A stretch of DNA of 63,416 nt, counting the filler, from Octopus bimaculoides (lineage: Eukaryota): assembly GCF_001194135.2 (NCBI RefSeq). It is 3 parts of 3 records of this genome, joined end to end, with 100 filler letters (N's around TTAATTAATTAA, not from the genome) between each part and the next. Parts side by side here need not be neighbours in the genome. Positions count along the whole stretch, not along the records: positions 1 to 31,043 come from NC_068992.1; 2 more parts are not named here. The stretch is one strand, 5' to 3'. Below are positions 1-11,889 of the stretch, piece after piece; positions within the stretch are counted from its first letter, which is position 1, and every line of letters begins with the position of its first letter. The translations under genes were made by a program, and so were the position numbers. The notes below the pieces were generated by a model that was not told where the DNA came from, did no database searches, and saw nothing but the letters and a program-made list of their open reading frames with translations.

Positions 1-208
1 ACACACACACATATATATATATATATGCATATATAAATCCAAGAAAGTTAGGGGTTGTGAATCCAACCCACTAAGAGATAATATCTATCCAATATACTGC
101 TGGAAGAATACCCAATTATTATTACACTAGTGTTTTGTCATTGCATGGCAATTACATTACCAAGTGCAATAAATGGGTGAGGGTAAAAAGATATTTTACC
201 ATTAATTG

Positions 209-563
209 ATATAGCAATAAGAAAATGGAGGGGATTAATAGGTGGTATTCATCAACTTGCAGACATTGTATTGTGTCAATTTACCTGTTTATCTGTTTAC
301 TAAAAGGACAATAATAACAATATACAAACACATGTGACATATTATGTCATATCAGTAATTAAAAAAGGACATCTAGTGACTTCCATTTTCTGTCACTAGA
401 TGTCGTTTTTTAATTACTGATATGACCTAATATGTCACATGTGTTTGTATATTGTTATTATTGTCCTTTTAGTAAACAGATAAACAGGTAAATTGACACA
501 ATACAATGTCTGCAAGTTGATGAATACCACCTATTAATCCCCTCCATTTTCTTATTGCTATAT
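209..563. repeat. Near-perfect palindrome (172-bp arms, 11-nt loop)
   Basis: 209-380 is the reverse complement of 392-563 with 2 mismatches seen by eye; loop TTCCATTTTCT (381-391). Confidence 0.95.
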
Positions 564-565
564 AG

Positions 566-612
<47 letters not shown>

Positions 613-679
613 TATACTCTCACATAGACAAGCATTTGTATGTATGTATGTATGTATGTATTTGTTTCAGTTATCAGAC

Positions 680-864
680 TGCAACCATGCTGGGGCTCCA
701 CTACGAAGGATTTTTTGTTGAATGTATTGACTCCAGCATTTACTTTTTCAAAGCCTGGCACTAATTCTAAGGGTCTGTTTTGTCAAACCACCAAGTTACA
801 GGAACATAAACACACAGCACTGGTTATCAAGCAGTGGCAGTGGGACAAACAAAGACACATAGAT

Positions 865-897
<33 letters not shown>

Positions 898-1060
898 CAG
901 CAGGCTTCTTTCAGTTTCCTTCAACCAAATCCACTCACAAGGATTTAGTTGGCGTGAGATTATAGTAGAAGTCACTTGCCCAAGGTGCCATGCAGGGGGA
1001 CTGGACCCTGAACAATGTGGATGGGATGCAAGTTTCTTACCATACAGCCATGCTTGTGCC
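680..1060 (-). mobile_element. Long tRNA-derived SINE (CORE-like centre, internal microsatellite)
   Basis: Same block order as copies at 7625-8090, 15378-15538, 39085-39360 and 46745-46990. Minus-strand head has A/B-box-like GGCTGT(A/G)TGGTAAG...GGTTCAGTCCC followed by CCTTGGGCAAGTG. Confidence 0.8.
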
Positions 1061-1916
1061 TATACCACAGAGTGACACTTGCACCTATGCCACTGAGTGA
1101 CACCTACATCTATATGTATGTACGGATGTATGTATGTATTTGTAGAAAACCCAATGGCAGTCTAAAATAGCAACCTCTAATGTTCTATATTATACTCTGA
1201 ATTATAAATAAAGCAAACAGCTCCATGATTTCTAGTTGGGTAATTATAGTAAACTACATAACTGAAAGCAGATAATCACTGCCTGCTTTCTTAATTTATG
1301 CATTGACAATTAATTTGCAGGTGTTAGACATGAGATCTTCCAGCTTGTGCAGTGAGTGGGTGGCAGATTTGCTTGCTTTCTTGTTTGCTGTTGATTTAAA
1401 AACTGTTTCAAATGGTTTATTATTGTTGTTGTCTTTTTTTGCTTTTGTTTTTTGAAAGCAACTTTAGAATAAGTGGTCTCATTAATTTTAAATAGCTGTA
1501 TTTTTTAAACCTGCTTTTAAATTGCAGTTAAGGTGAGATAATTATTATAATTATCTTTCAACACCACCAATATCATTTCTCTGTGACAACAGCTGCTTCA
1601 AGGAAGGGAAAGAAACTCTCCATAAGTCACTTTCAACCTGCTGGAAATAGCAGCTAAATTTGACCTAAATCACATTGTGCTCTGCTCTTAAAAAAAAAAC
1701 ACATTGAACAATGTAGTCACTAGTATACCAAATGATGAGATGGTCACATTTGGATTGCTTTTCATCTTAGGCTGACCTAAGGATAAACAAACACAATAAA
1801 TACTTACAATGTAGATTTATTTGAATAACTGCAACTTTTTTTTAGGGGATTTCAGTGTTTTTTATTTATTCTAAGCGGTTGAAGAGGCTCTAAAGAGTTA
1901 AAGCACTGGTTGACTG

Positions 1917-1948
<32 letters not shown>

Positions 1949-3229
1949 CAATTTAAATAAGAGCCATAAGGCAATCCTATAATAATAAAACTTGTTTAAT
2001 ATCCTATGCACATTTCAATGCAAGATCCCGACTCACTCTTGTCTGAGATAAGAAAATGGGGTCTTGCATCTATTCAGGGCCAAGTTACATTAATTCACAG
2101 CAGACAACAGACAACATTATTAGTTGTCCTTAAATTACATGTGTATAAAAAAGTTATAATCAGGTTGTAACGACATGAACATATTGAAAGTGCATACAAT
2201 ATCGGTTAAGAAAACCGTTATATAGTAAATTAACTAAGTAGAATTGTTAACCTAGGATATTAACCTAGGATGTTAAGTAGTGACAAGCAATCGACGCTGT
2301 AAATTCAATAAAAGCCGTTGGAGGTTTGAAAGTAAATAAAACGAAGAAAGAAAAATTATCTGTTTAGATCTTAATAGAAAAATAAATATAAATTGATGGT
2401 CAATGGGAGGTAAATCTAGTAAATAATATTTTTGATTTATATAATTCACTCGATTGTGAATAATCATATCAAATAATTATATTTATTTTTAAGTTTAGAA
2501 TAGTTATGAGACTTAATTTAAGGATATGTAAACAAGATAAATTAGAAAATTACACAGAATCAAGTTTCTCCCTATTTCCTATTTGTGTATCAAGTAATAT
2601 ATCATTCCAAAACTATAAAGTCACATCCTTGAAATCTTGAAGCTACGAAATAATGAATGATTAATTCAAAACAATGTGAAGAAGTAAGCATTACATTTGA
2701 CTGACTAATTTGAATGCTAAAGGGTTACAAATTATTTTACATTTTTATTTCAATTTTCCTCAGAATGTAAAGCCAGATGAAATGCTACTGAACAATTTTA
2801 CCTGGCATGCTGATGGTTTTGCCAGATTGCCATCCTATGTAATATTGATGAAAGATAGAGGATGGCTGAGCCAAGGAAAAGGGTGAGCAGAGTGCAAGAA
2901 AGGTGACTGCATTGATATGGACTTAGAATGCAATGAACACTTGGTGAAAGTGCTGTGTACTGTAGATAGAGGGTGGCTGCAGTAGAAAAGATGATGTAAG
3001 AAGATGTAATAAAGTCAGATTGCTAGATCAACTCCCACCTCCACCACTGCCTCAGATAAAAAAAAAAAATATCAAATTAAATGGTGATGTGTTGCAAGGT
3101 AGACCCATCCAACCCCTAACGAATAAACTATAACAACACACCGACAAGCTTATTGTGTTTAGGCTCAGAGTATCTGTTATGGAGAAAAGCAGAAATAAAA
3201 GGAACATAACAAACAAAGAAATGTAATAC

Positions 3230-3345
3230 TTGATCAGCTAATACTGTCGTATGGTCATAACATCCTGGGATAAGCTGGAATCGACAGAACTCGCCTTGGT
3301 AGCCACGACCTATAGTACCACAACCAATGCCTCCAATAGGGGCAC
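3230..3345 (-). CDS. GBA2: Non-lysosomal glucosylceramidase (GH116), coding exon 3
   Basis: cag|GT GCC CCT ... GAT CAA|gtatta. Encodes (G)[38 protein letters not shown], matching the GBA2 N-terminal motif G(C/A)PLGGIGGG.I.RG..G.F.RWQL.PG. Phase 1 in, phase 0 out. Confidence 0.95.
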
Positions 3346-3499
3346 CTGCAATATAAAAAGTATTGTAAATAGATTTTTTCAAACAAACCATTATATGTGG
3401 TTGTCAAGCAAAATTCTTAACCAAATAGCTATGCCAGCACCTGTATAAATGAATGTAAAACAGATAACGATTAAAGATAGGGGCTGATATCATCATCAT

Positions 3500-4510
3500 T
3501 TAACGTTTTCCATGCTGGCATGGGTTGGACAGTTTGACTGAAGCTGGTAAGGCCAGGGTCCACACCAGGCTCCATTTTGTCTGTTCTGGCATGGTTTCTA
3601 CAGCGGGGTGCCTTTCCTAACTCCAACCACTTTACAGAGTGTACCGGATGCTTTTTATGCTGGTATGTGTTGGATGGTGAGCACTGAGCGCCAATGTCAG
3701 CTTTGGCATGATTTCTATAGTTAGATGCCCTTCCTAATGCCAACCACTTCACAGTGTGTACTGGGTGCTTTTTCATGAGACTGGCACCAGTGAGGTTGCT
3801 AAGTAACTTGCAAAAAAGGAAAAAAACAAGAAAAAGCATATTTGACTAAATGAAGGGGTTGGGTATGTGTGGCTTTATGCCTGGTGTTGAGAGGCTAAAG
3901 TATGATAGAGGAACAGGCCTCAATGTCCACTTTGACATTGTTTATATGGCTGGATGCCCTTCCTAATGTCAACCACATTTCAGAGTGCACTGGTTGCTTG
4001 TTTTCACGACACCAGCACTCAGGAAGCCGCCAGGTAACTTGTAAGACAAAGTAAGGAAAAGAAAAGGAAGAGGAAAAAGCTCCATCGACTGAGGGAGAAC
4101 ACATTTGAAAGAGGGGAGATGGCTTAATGCCAGATGTTGAAGGCTACAACATGATAGAGCAATTGAAAACTATGACAGTGAAGGTTTGATAGTCATGCAA
4201 ATCATAATTTTACCTGGTCTCTCAGGAGACAAAGATTATTAAATATATAATCAACATTATCATTGTTTAACGTCTGCTTTCCATGCTAGCATGGGTTGAA
4301 CGATTTGACTGAGGACTGGTGAACCAGATGGCTGCACTAGGCTCCAGTCTAATTTGGCAGAGTTTCTACAGCTGGATGCCCTTCCTAACACCAACCACTC
4401 TGAGAGTGTAGTGGATGCTTTTTACGTGCCACCGGTACGAGGGCCAGTCAGGCGGTACTGGCAATGGCCATTCTCGAATGGTGTTTTTTACATGCCACCT
4501 GCACAGTTTT
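3500..4510. mobile_element. Cluster of a SINE-like repeat with GATGCCCTTCCTAA(T/C)(G/A)CCAACC core
   Basis: The core and the (TTTAACG)..TTTCCATGCT(G/A)GCATGGGTTG motif recur near 3500, 3720, 3950, 4270, 6130 and 27650. Confidence 0.7.
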
Positions 4511-4619
4511 TTTTCTTAATCCTATTTGTTTGTCTGTCTATTTGTTGGTTTATTACTTCCTTTTTGTCTCTCACTTGAACAAAACTCAGAACCAAACAGA
4601 AATCAAACAACACACTCAC

Positions 4620-4708
4620 CGTATATTGGCTGGTAAGCGAGAGCATTCATGTGATCTATGAATGGTCTCTTCCCTTCCTTGTGTTTTCTCATCCATAGTT
4701 TACAATAT
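4620..4708 (-). CDS. GBA2: Non-lysosomal glucosylceramidase, coding exon 2
   Basis: ctctacag|A TAT TGT ... ATA TAC G|gtgagt. Encodes (R)YCKLWMRKHKEGKRPFIDHMNALAYQPIY(G). 89 nt, phase 2 to 1, joins exons 1 and 3 in frame. Absent from the ORF track. Confidence 0.93.
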
Positions 4709-4783
4709 CTGTAGAGAAAAAGAAAAGAATAAAGAATCTTTAAAAATTCCTTTTTCAGTTATTATTGTTATTATTATGATTAT

Positions 4784-5145
4784 TATTACCTCTGCCTTAG
4801 CGAAGGCGAAGGTATTGTTGTCAGTTGTGTTTGTTTGTCCATGGACAAGATATCTCAAGAACCGCTGGATGGATTCAGATGAAACTTTCAGGGATGTTTC
4901 GCCTCGTGACTAGCACAAACTGATTAGATTTTGGGATCAATCCAGTACTGGACAAAGATTCTGGATTATTTTTCCTGTTTTTTCACTTAATTTTGGAGAG
5001 GTCAAGTTCATTTTTAGTATTCTTGTTTGTGAGAGCCATTGAATTTATTTCAGATATTCTCATTTTAAAAACCACCTCTGGCTAATCGTTGAGAGGATGT
5101 TGGTGTTGCCTTGGCGGAGGTTTGCGCTCTCTGAATGCTCTTGTT
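4784..5145. mobile_element. Helentron-associated non-autonomous element (HINE/DINE-like)
   Basis: Starts TTATTACCTCTGCCTTAGCGAAGGCGAAGG (hairpin) and ends TTGGCGGAGGTTTGCGCTCTCTGAATGCTCTTGTT. Subterminal inverted repeat CCTC(T/C)GCC / GGCGGAGG; T-rich flanks. Confidence 0.65.
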
Positions 5146-5284
5146 ATTATTATTATCATTATCATAGCTATCATTATTGAGTAGTAGAATGCTCTCCAGC
5201 CATGTGTGCAGCTCAGGTTCAATTCCTGCCGATGCACATCACTTTCTAAGTGATTAAAATTTCTATCAAAGAAATCATTATTGT

Positions 5285-5660
5285 AACTAAGGTAGCAAGC
5301 TGGCAGAATTGTCCCCAGGCAAAATGTTTAATGGCATTTCATCAGTCTCTATGTTCTGAGTTCAAATTCCACCGAGGTTGATTTTTGCCCTTCATCCTTT
5401 TGGGGTTGATAAATTAAGTACGAGTGAAACATTGGGGTTGATGTGACTGACTAGTTCCCTCCCCCAAATTTCAGGCCTTGGGCCTATAATAGAAAGGATC
5501 ATTATTATTATTATTATTAAAACAGTGAACTGGCAGAATCATTAGCATACCAGGCAAAATGCTTAGTCTCATTTTGTCTGTCTTTACATCTTGAGTTCAA
5601 ACTCTGCTGAGGTCGACTTCACCTTTCAACCTTGTGGGTCTCAATAAATTAAGCCTCATA
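5285..5660 (+). mobile_element. Two tandem tRNA-derived SINEs (Nin-domain-like centre), CpG-decayed
   Basis: GCTGGCAGAAT...GTTCAAAT/CTC...CCTTTCATCCTTT.GGGGT(C/T)GATAAATTAAG block, a family seen more than 15 times in the window. Confidence 0.8.
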
Positions 5661-6743
5661 ACGAATAATAAATAAGTGGTATACAATCAGTGTATATGTT
5701 CAATTATTGGCATAATGACCCTCCCAAGATATGACAGAATTCTTTCTTAAAAAGTAAAATTTTGTTTGTATATTTTTGCTACCTGTCATCTAATCATTTA
5801 ACTTCAGTTTTCCATACAAACATTTGGAGAAATTCACCCATTTCACTATAGCAGTGATTCTCAACCAGTGTTCATCTAACCTTTGTGAATCCATAGAAGA
5901 TGTTGTTAAAGTTTATGATGGACGAAATACACTATTTGAAGACTTCATAGTCATGGGATATCAGGGTCGAGTCAATCAGGTGGAAACTACAATTCTACAT
6001 TAATAGGCTACAAGTAGCATCAACTATCAATCAATCAATCAATCAGTCAATTAATCATTTATCAGCATCATCATTTAACACCCACTATTCCAGGCTTGCA
6101 AAGATCACATGGAGTTTATTTGAAGCAGAATTTTCTACAGCTGGATGCTCATCTTGTCACCAACCTTCAACTGCTTCCAAATAAGGAAATACTTCTCCAT
6201 GGCCAGATATGTTCTCACAGAATATTGGAAATGAACGACACTGCTTATATGACAATGACACTCACTCAAGACAAACACACACACGATGGGCTTCTTTTCA
6301 GTTTCCACCTACCAAATTCACTTACAAGGAATTGGTCAGCCCAGGGCTATAGTAGAAGACATTTGCCAAAGGTGCCATGAGGTCAGAAAGCAAACTTCTT
6401 TACCCCAACCCCGAAACTTATGTCTATTATTTATTTTCAAAATCTTAGCTGCTCATTATTTATTCTTACTACCAGATTTTAGTTAAACTTTACTATATTA
6501 AATATCAATAGAAATAGTCTGACTTTGTGAACTAAATTACTAAGTACCGTCTAAATAAGACAATCAATAACTAACTTCTATAACAGATAAACATCAGTCC
6601 TTAATAAGAAAGAAATCGTAATCTTATTGTGTAAATGTTAGCAGATGGTGCATTCAGAACCTAAAATATATGCTATTGAATTCCTCTGACTCAGTTGATT
6701 CTCAATCTCAAATTGTTGGTTACAATGACAATGTTTATATTAT

Positions 6744-7260
6744 ACTAGCAGAAATACCCGGCTTTGCCTGGGTTAAAGAGAATAATGAAATCTAAAAACG
6801 CTGTCTAGACTATGCAACCCTCAACTGTTAGTAGCTATGATACCATATTTCTACATTAATAACTCTCCAATCCATGCCAGCATGGAACATAGACATTAAG
6901 TGGAATGCCAGTCTCTCATCTAGGAGGGCCTTGAAATCAATGTTACCAACTGGGGACTATGTGTGTCGCAGTGATAATAAAAAGACCCAAAGGAGGTCTG
7001 CAACGAAATAATTTTACTCAACACTTTGCAAGTGAATCAGTGGAGGCAAAGATGCGTCTCATTTACTTGACAATTTATGCACCACATTGCAGAAATCTGT
7101 ACCGTTGAATTACAAATAATGCTCATCTGTTATGTTCGGGTTAAAATTTCATCAACATCAAAAATATATGAATTTTGATGGGAGTTATGGCCGTTATACA
7201 TAGAATATAATTTCCAAATTTCATAAAGATTCGTTCAGTACTTTTGACGTAGTTTTGGAT
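6744..7260 (+). mobile_element. Helitron/Helentron-like non-autonomous element
   Basis: Starts ACTAGCAGAAATACCCGGCTTTGCCTGGG, a terminal hairpin of the ACTAG..CCCGG..TTGC.CGGG type. Right boundary uncertain. Confidence 0.45.
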
Positions 7261-7342
7261 AAGAAAACAAATGACTAATGTGTGTGTTTGTGTGCATGTG
7301 TTTGTGTGTGATGGGTGTATATATGTATAGATATCTGTATGC

Positions 7343-7382
<40 letters not shown>

Positions 7383-7624
7383 ACATATTACATGTACATC
7401 TATATATATATATACATTTACACATATGTATACATATACATGTATCCAAGAGTGCTTATGAATCAGTGATTGAGTCAAGTGATGCTGTGCAAGAGTCTAG
7501 TGTGAATGAAAGGGATTCAGAAAATGATTATAATATTTTTTTTATTATAAATGATCTTCACATTCTTTTTATATAAAATACTCTTTACATTCTAATTTTG
7601 TTTTATTGCCATTTATTTACAAGT

Positions 7625-8090
7625 ATTATTCCGTTATTCTGTTATTCGTTTCAGTCATTTGACTGTGACCATGCTGGAGCACTGCCTTTAGTCGAGCAAA
7701 TCGACCCCAGGATTTATTCTTTGTAAGCCTAGTACTTATTCTATCGGTCTCTCTTGCCGAACTGCTAAGTGACGGAGATGTAAACACACCAGCATCGGTT
7801 GTCAAGCAATGTTGGGAGACAAACACAGACACACAAACATATCCATACACACACATGTATATATAGACATATATATGATGGGCTTCTTTCAGTTTCTGTC
7901 TACCAAATCCACTCACAAGGTTTTGGTCAGCCTGAGGCTATAGTCGAAGACACTTGCCCAAGGTGCCACGCANNNNNNNNNNTGAGGCTATAGTCGAAGA
8001 CACTTGCCCAAGGTGCCACGCAGTGGGACTGAACCTGGAACCATGTGGTTGGTAAGCAAGCTTCTTACCATACAGCCACTCCTGCGCCTA
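7625..8090 (-). mobile_element. Long tRNA-derived SINE, near full length
   Basis: tRNA-like head near 8090 (AGGCGCAGGAGTGGCTGTATGGTAAG on minus), CORE-like block, internal (CA/TA)n and 3' body to 7625. About 50 bp is duplicated across the 10-N gap, probably an assembly overlap. Confidence 0.85.
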
Positions 8091-8866
8091 TCAAAAAATT
8101 TTATAGGTGAAATATTCTTCTAAAAACAAATTACGATTTATAACATTGCTATTATGGGAAATTATTGCTCTGTTTTATGAGTTTTCACTTTATGAGTTGT
8201 GTCCGGGAACAAACTAACTCATACACTGAGGCATTACCGTATATCTCAAAGCAAACTACATACGTCCATTTTACATCTGGCAAACCCTGTCCTATATATA
8301 CACTATCATTATGCAATCTATGTATGTGTGAGTGTCTCTCTAGCCAGCATTTACATTGATTTCGTTTGTAAATTGTGTAAATATCTATATTGATATAACA
8401 TGTCTGATAGATCAATGTCCATGTACAGTAGTGTCCAATCAAAAAACATGCAGGACATCAATTTTCTTGCCAACCACTTGTAATACAAAATGAAAATGTA
8501 GATAATCAGATAAAAGTGAATTAATTTCCCAGTTATCTGAAACCACACAAATGTCTAAAACTAAACAGAAACAATGAGGTAATGAGCACACATGCACAAT
8601 GATTGTGCATGTGTGTGTGTGTGTGTGTGTGTGTTTTACTTCATCTCCCCCACTGCTTGTTTGTTGGCTTGCTTATGTTCCCGTAACTTAGTGGTTTGGC
8701 AAAAGTGAATGATATAGAATAAGTATCAAACCTTTTAAAACATAAGTGTTGGAGGTCAATTTGTTCAACATAAATGTGCATATGTGTGTGTGTGTAATAT
8801 ATACACTAAAAAGCATGACATGTAACTCCCTACTGAATACCAAATCACCTCTCTCTCTCTTTTTAA

Positions 8867-9222
8867 CTCTTCCATCAGCCACGAGGGTGAGTAATCCCCC
8901 CATATGGGTAGTCAGGATCCTCAGTATAATGCCCAAAGGGCCCAGTTCTGGGTGCCAGATTGCACTCTGTATCGACCCATTGTTACGTCTCATCCACCCA
9001 GTCTTTTCCTGATAAATATACCCAGGGATGAGTAATACACAGCCCACCTTGTACAACAGAGACCCTGGGTATACTAACCAGGAGAAAACTGGGGGAGTGA
9101 GTAGTAACTCTGGGCCTATACAGGGTGCAATCTGGTACCCAGAACAGGGCCCTGTGCTGAGGGCCCTATGCTGACGATCCTGACCAGAGGTATTACTCAC
9201 CCAGTGGAAGAGGATGGAAGAG
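8867..9222. repeat. GC-rich imperfect foldback / MITE-like element in GBA2 intron 1
   Basis: Ends CTCTTCCATC..GGGTGAGTAAT and ATTACTCACCC..GATGGAAGAG. Internal blocks also pair (GTCAGGATC..TTCTGGGT.CCAGATTGCAC; CCCAGT.TT.TCCTG..TATACCCAGGG). Central loop about 20-35 nt. Confidence 0.85.
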
Positions 9223-9248
9223 GAGAAAGAGACAGGTAATTCAATATT

Positions 9249-9467
9249 TATTTCTTTATTGCCCACAAGGGGCTAAACGAGGACAGACAAAGGGATTAAG
9301 TTGATTAGATCGACCCCAGTGTGTAATTAGTACTTATTTAATCGACCCCGAAAGGATGAAACGCAAAGTCAACCTCAGTGGAATTTCAACTCAGAATGTA
9401 ACGGCAGATGAAATACCACTAGGCATTTCGCCCGGTGTGCTAGCGTTTCTGCCAGCTCACTGCCAAT
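9249..9467 (-). mobile_element. Full-length Nin-type SINE with 12-bp TSD
   Basis: TAATTCAATATT at 9237-9248 and 9468-9479. A second copy follows at about 9545-9745. Confidence 0.88.
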
Positions 9468-9776
9468 TAATTCAATATTACCCACCCTTCTTATCTAATG
9501 TCAAAAACCAATCCTTTTCCAGATCTCACCAAAGTACAATAGTTTCTTATTTCTTTATGGCCCATAGGGGGCCAAACAAGGACAGACAAAGGGATTAAGT
9601 CGATTACATCGACCCCAGTGCATAACTGGTACTTAATTTATCGACCCCGAAAGGATGAAAGGCACAGTCGACCTCGGCGGAATTTGAACTCAGAACGTAA
9701 AGACAGACGAAATACCGCAAAGCATTTCGCCCGGTCGCTCAACTTGTGAGAAATAACAGCAAAATCTTTCCTAATC

Positions 9777-9817
<41 letters not shown>

Positions 9818-10252
9818 ACCGTAATCTCGAGAGATATTTAAAAAAAAAAACAATGTCGTCATAAATTGTGTACTTTGAGTACTTCATATCATAGGTTTGT
9901 TCGATCGAGTCGACTCGGGCATAAGTAAGATATTTCCGAGTTAACATATCCTTTTATATTATCTTGTCTATGTCTTCACGTTGGAACCGCTACCTTATCG
10001 ATCGAACAGCTGAAAAAAACCCATAAGGATAAGTAGCCCTCGATATGCTACGTTTGAAACTATGCCGGGATTATCGTGGTATAATTAAAAAAAAATCTGT
10101 TGCAATTAAGCTAACATGAAGCTAAACAACAACAATTGCAGTATTTACATTCACCTTAGTTTAAATAGTGTTAGAATCGGTTCTTTCTTTTATCTCTTCA
10201 GTAATATCCAGATGTGAATTCTGCCCAATTCATTTTTATCCGGAATAAAAAA

Positions 10253-10284
<32 letters not shown>

Positions 10285-10707
10285 TTGTAATGACTATCGT
10301 AGAATAAGAGATAATCTCTTGACAAAAGACGTTGTCAGCTGTCAAGTTTCGATTATAATCGTAACTACTTCACATTTTCTTCCAAAGAAATAAACAGCAC
10401 AGTAACCCAATTCCCTTATAAACACCGAGCAAGCACCATGAGTGCATGATGAAGTACTTACGATCATAATCGAAACTTGTATGTGTGTATAAGTGTACGG
10501 GTGAGAAAGGAGAAACAGAGCGAGGTAGATAGATAGATAAATAGATAGATAGATAGATAGAGTGAGAGAAAGAAAGATAGATAGATAGAGAGAACGTGGG
10601 GGAAGTTTTAACAAGAAATCTCACAAGACCTGAATGTTTCGAAGTGAAGAAAATCTATATGAAATATATAAAAAAAGAAAAGAAACAAAAACAGGTGAAT
10701 ATCTTAC

Positions 10708-10952
10708 CGGACTCCTAATCCGAGGTAACTAGGTATTTGTTTTAGACGGGGAGTAAAGAAGGCCTTACATTTCATCTGACAGCTGTAGCTAAGAGGAACT
10801 CTCCACCCAAAATCTGGTACTCCTGCTATCTGTTCTGTAGGTATAGTAAAGCCGGGTGCCAACTCATCTTTTGATGTCTTCTTGGACGATTTCGCGTTAA
10901 GACAATCAAATGTTTTATCCGATGAATCATTTGCAGTTTTAACTTCTGCCAT
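10708..10952 (-). CDS. GBA2: Non-lysosomal glucosylceramidase, coding exon 1
   Basis: MAEVKT...GVPDFGWRVPLSYSCQMKCKAFFTPRLKQIPSYLGLGV(R), resembling the GBA2 VP.FGWR...IG(M/L)G.R segment. Donor CG|gtaaga, phase 2. Confidence 0.92.
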
Positions 10953-11452
10953 TCCTTCGAATTAATAGTTAAGCTGACTAATTCTTTAGCACTTACACTC
11001 TATCTCTCTTTTTATGTGTAGATAGATAGATACAATTAGGTAAATATTACTTTTTCTCTCATCACCTCCCTCACTTGCAGCGAGAGAAACGTCATTCAGG
11101 AAGAAGCAAGAAATGAATGAAAAGAGAAACAAGCTTTGAAAAGGAGTCATTTAGAGTTACTTCCCTTAGCAATCAGCTCTCTTCAAACGAAACGTTAACT
11201 CTGTCAATTTAGGTTTTAATTCTCTTTAAATTTATTTTGGGGTTTTAAGAATAAACGCTGTCACTCTTTGTTTTTTTTAAAATTTAAGTTAGATTTGAAC
11301 ATGGTATCCGGTATTATAAACAAGTAGAGGAAGAAACGGTGAACTCAGAGAAATCGGAGTGGCGATTAGTTTCAAACTGTGGGCCAATTGCTCTGCAGAA
11401 AGAAAGGGCTTACCTTGTCACTCTTCTATCAGAAACAGTTCAAATACTAAAT
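10953..11452. promoter_or_regulatory. GBA2 5' UTR/promoter region, possibly bidirectional
   Basis: Directly upstream of the GBA2 ATG. CpGs are retained at about 9.3-11.4 kb but depleted on either side. No specific core element identified. Confidence 0.5.
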
Positions 11453-11889
11453 ATGATAGTAAATGAGTATGTGTCTGTTACCATTTACTTTTATTTGTCT
11501 TTTTCCTTTTATCTTTTTACTTCTTTCTGGCATTAGACTGCGGCCACCTTGAACCTTTAATCAAACAAATTGACCCCAGTACTTATTTTTTGCAAAACCT
11601 TCTTCTTATTCCATTAATATCTTTTGCTGAACCGTTAAGTTACGCAGACGTAAAACAACACTGGTTGTCAAGCAGTGGTGAGAGACAAACACAGACACAC
11701 ACGCACACACACACACAATCACACACACGCACATACATAGGTACATTTCTTGATCTGTATGAACAAGAAATGTTCATATTTCGTTGGAGAACAAGGAAAG
11801 TCAGTCCTTCAAACCCAAAGCCTGTGCATCAACGGTCTCTCTATCTCCCACATTCCACACAAAGAATGCTTTCTTGGATACCCCTAAAA

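Noticed and set aside
1-3229. GBA2 exon 4 (expected F.V..R..G...YQQVL / YHALYP)
   Set aside because: No matching minus-strand segment found by eye; presumably left of the window.
7973-8025. Tandem duplication of TGAGGCTATAGTCGAAG...GCCACGCA across a 10-N gap
   Set aside because: Identical sequence on both sides of a minimal gap indicates unmerged contig overlap.
9172-9240. Hammerhead in the 8867-9222 foldback (CTGACGA-TCCT...AGGA-GAAA)
   Set aside because: Stem II is possible, but neither stem III nor stem I forms around a valid cleavage triplet.
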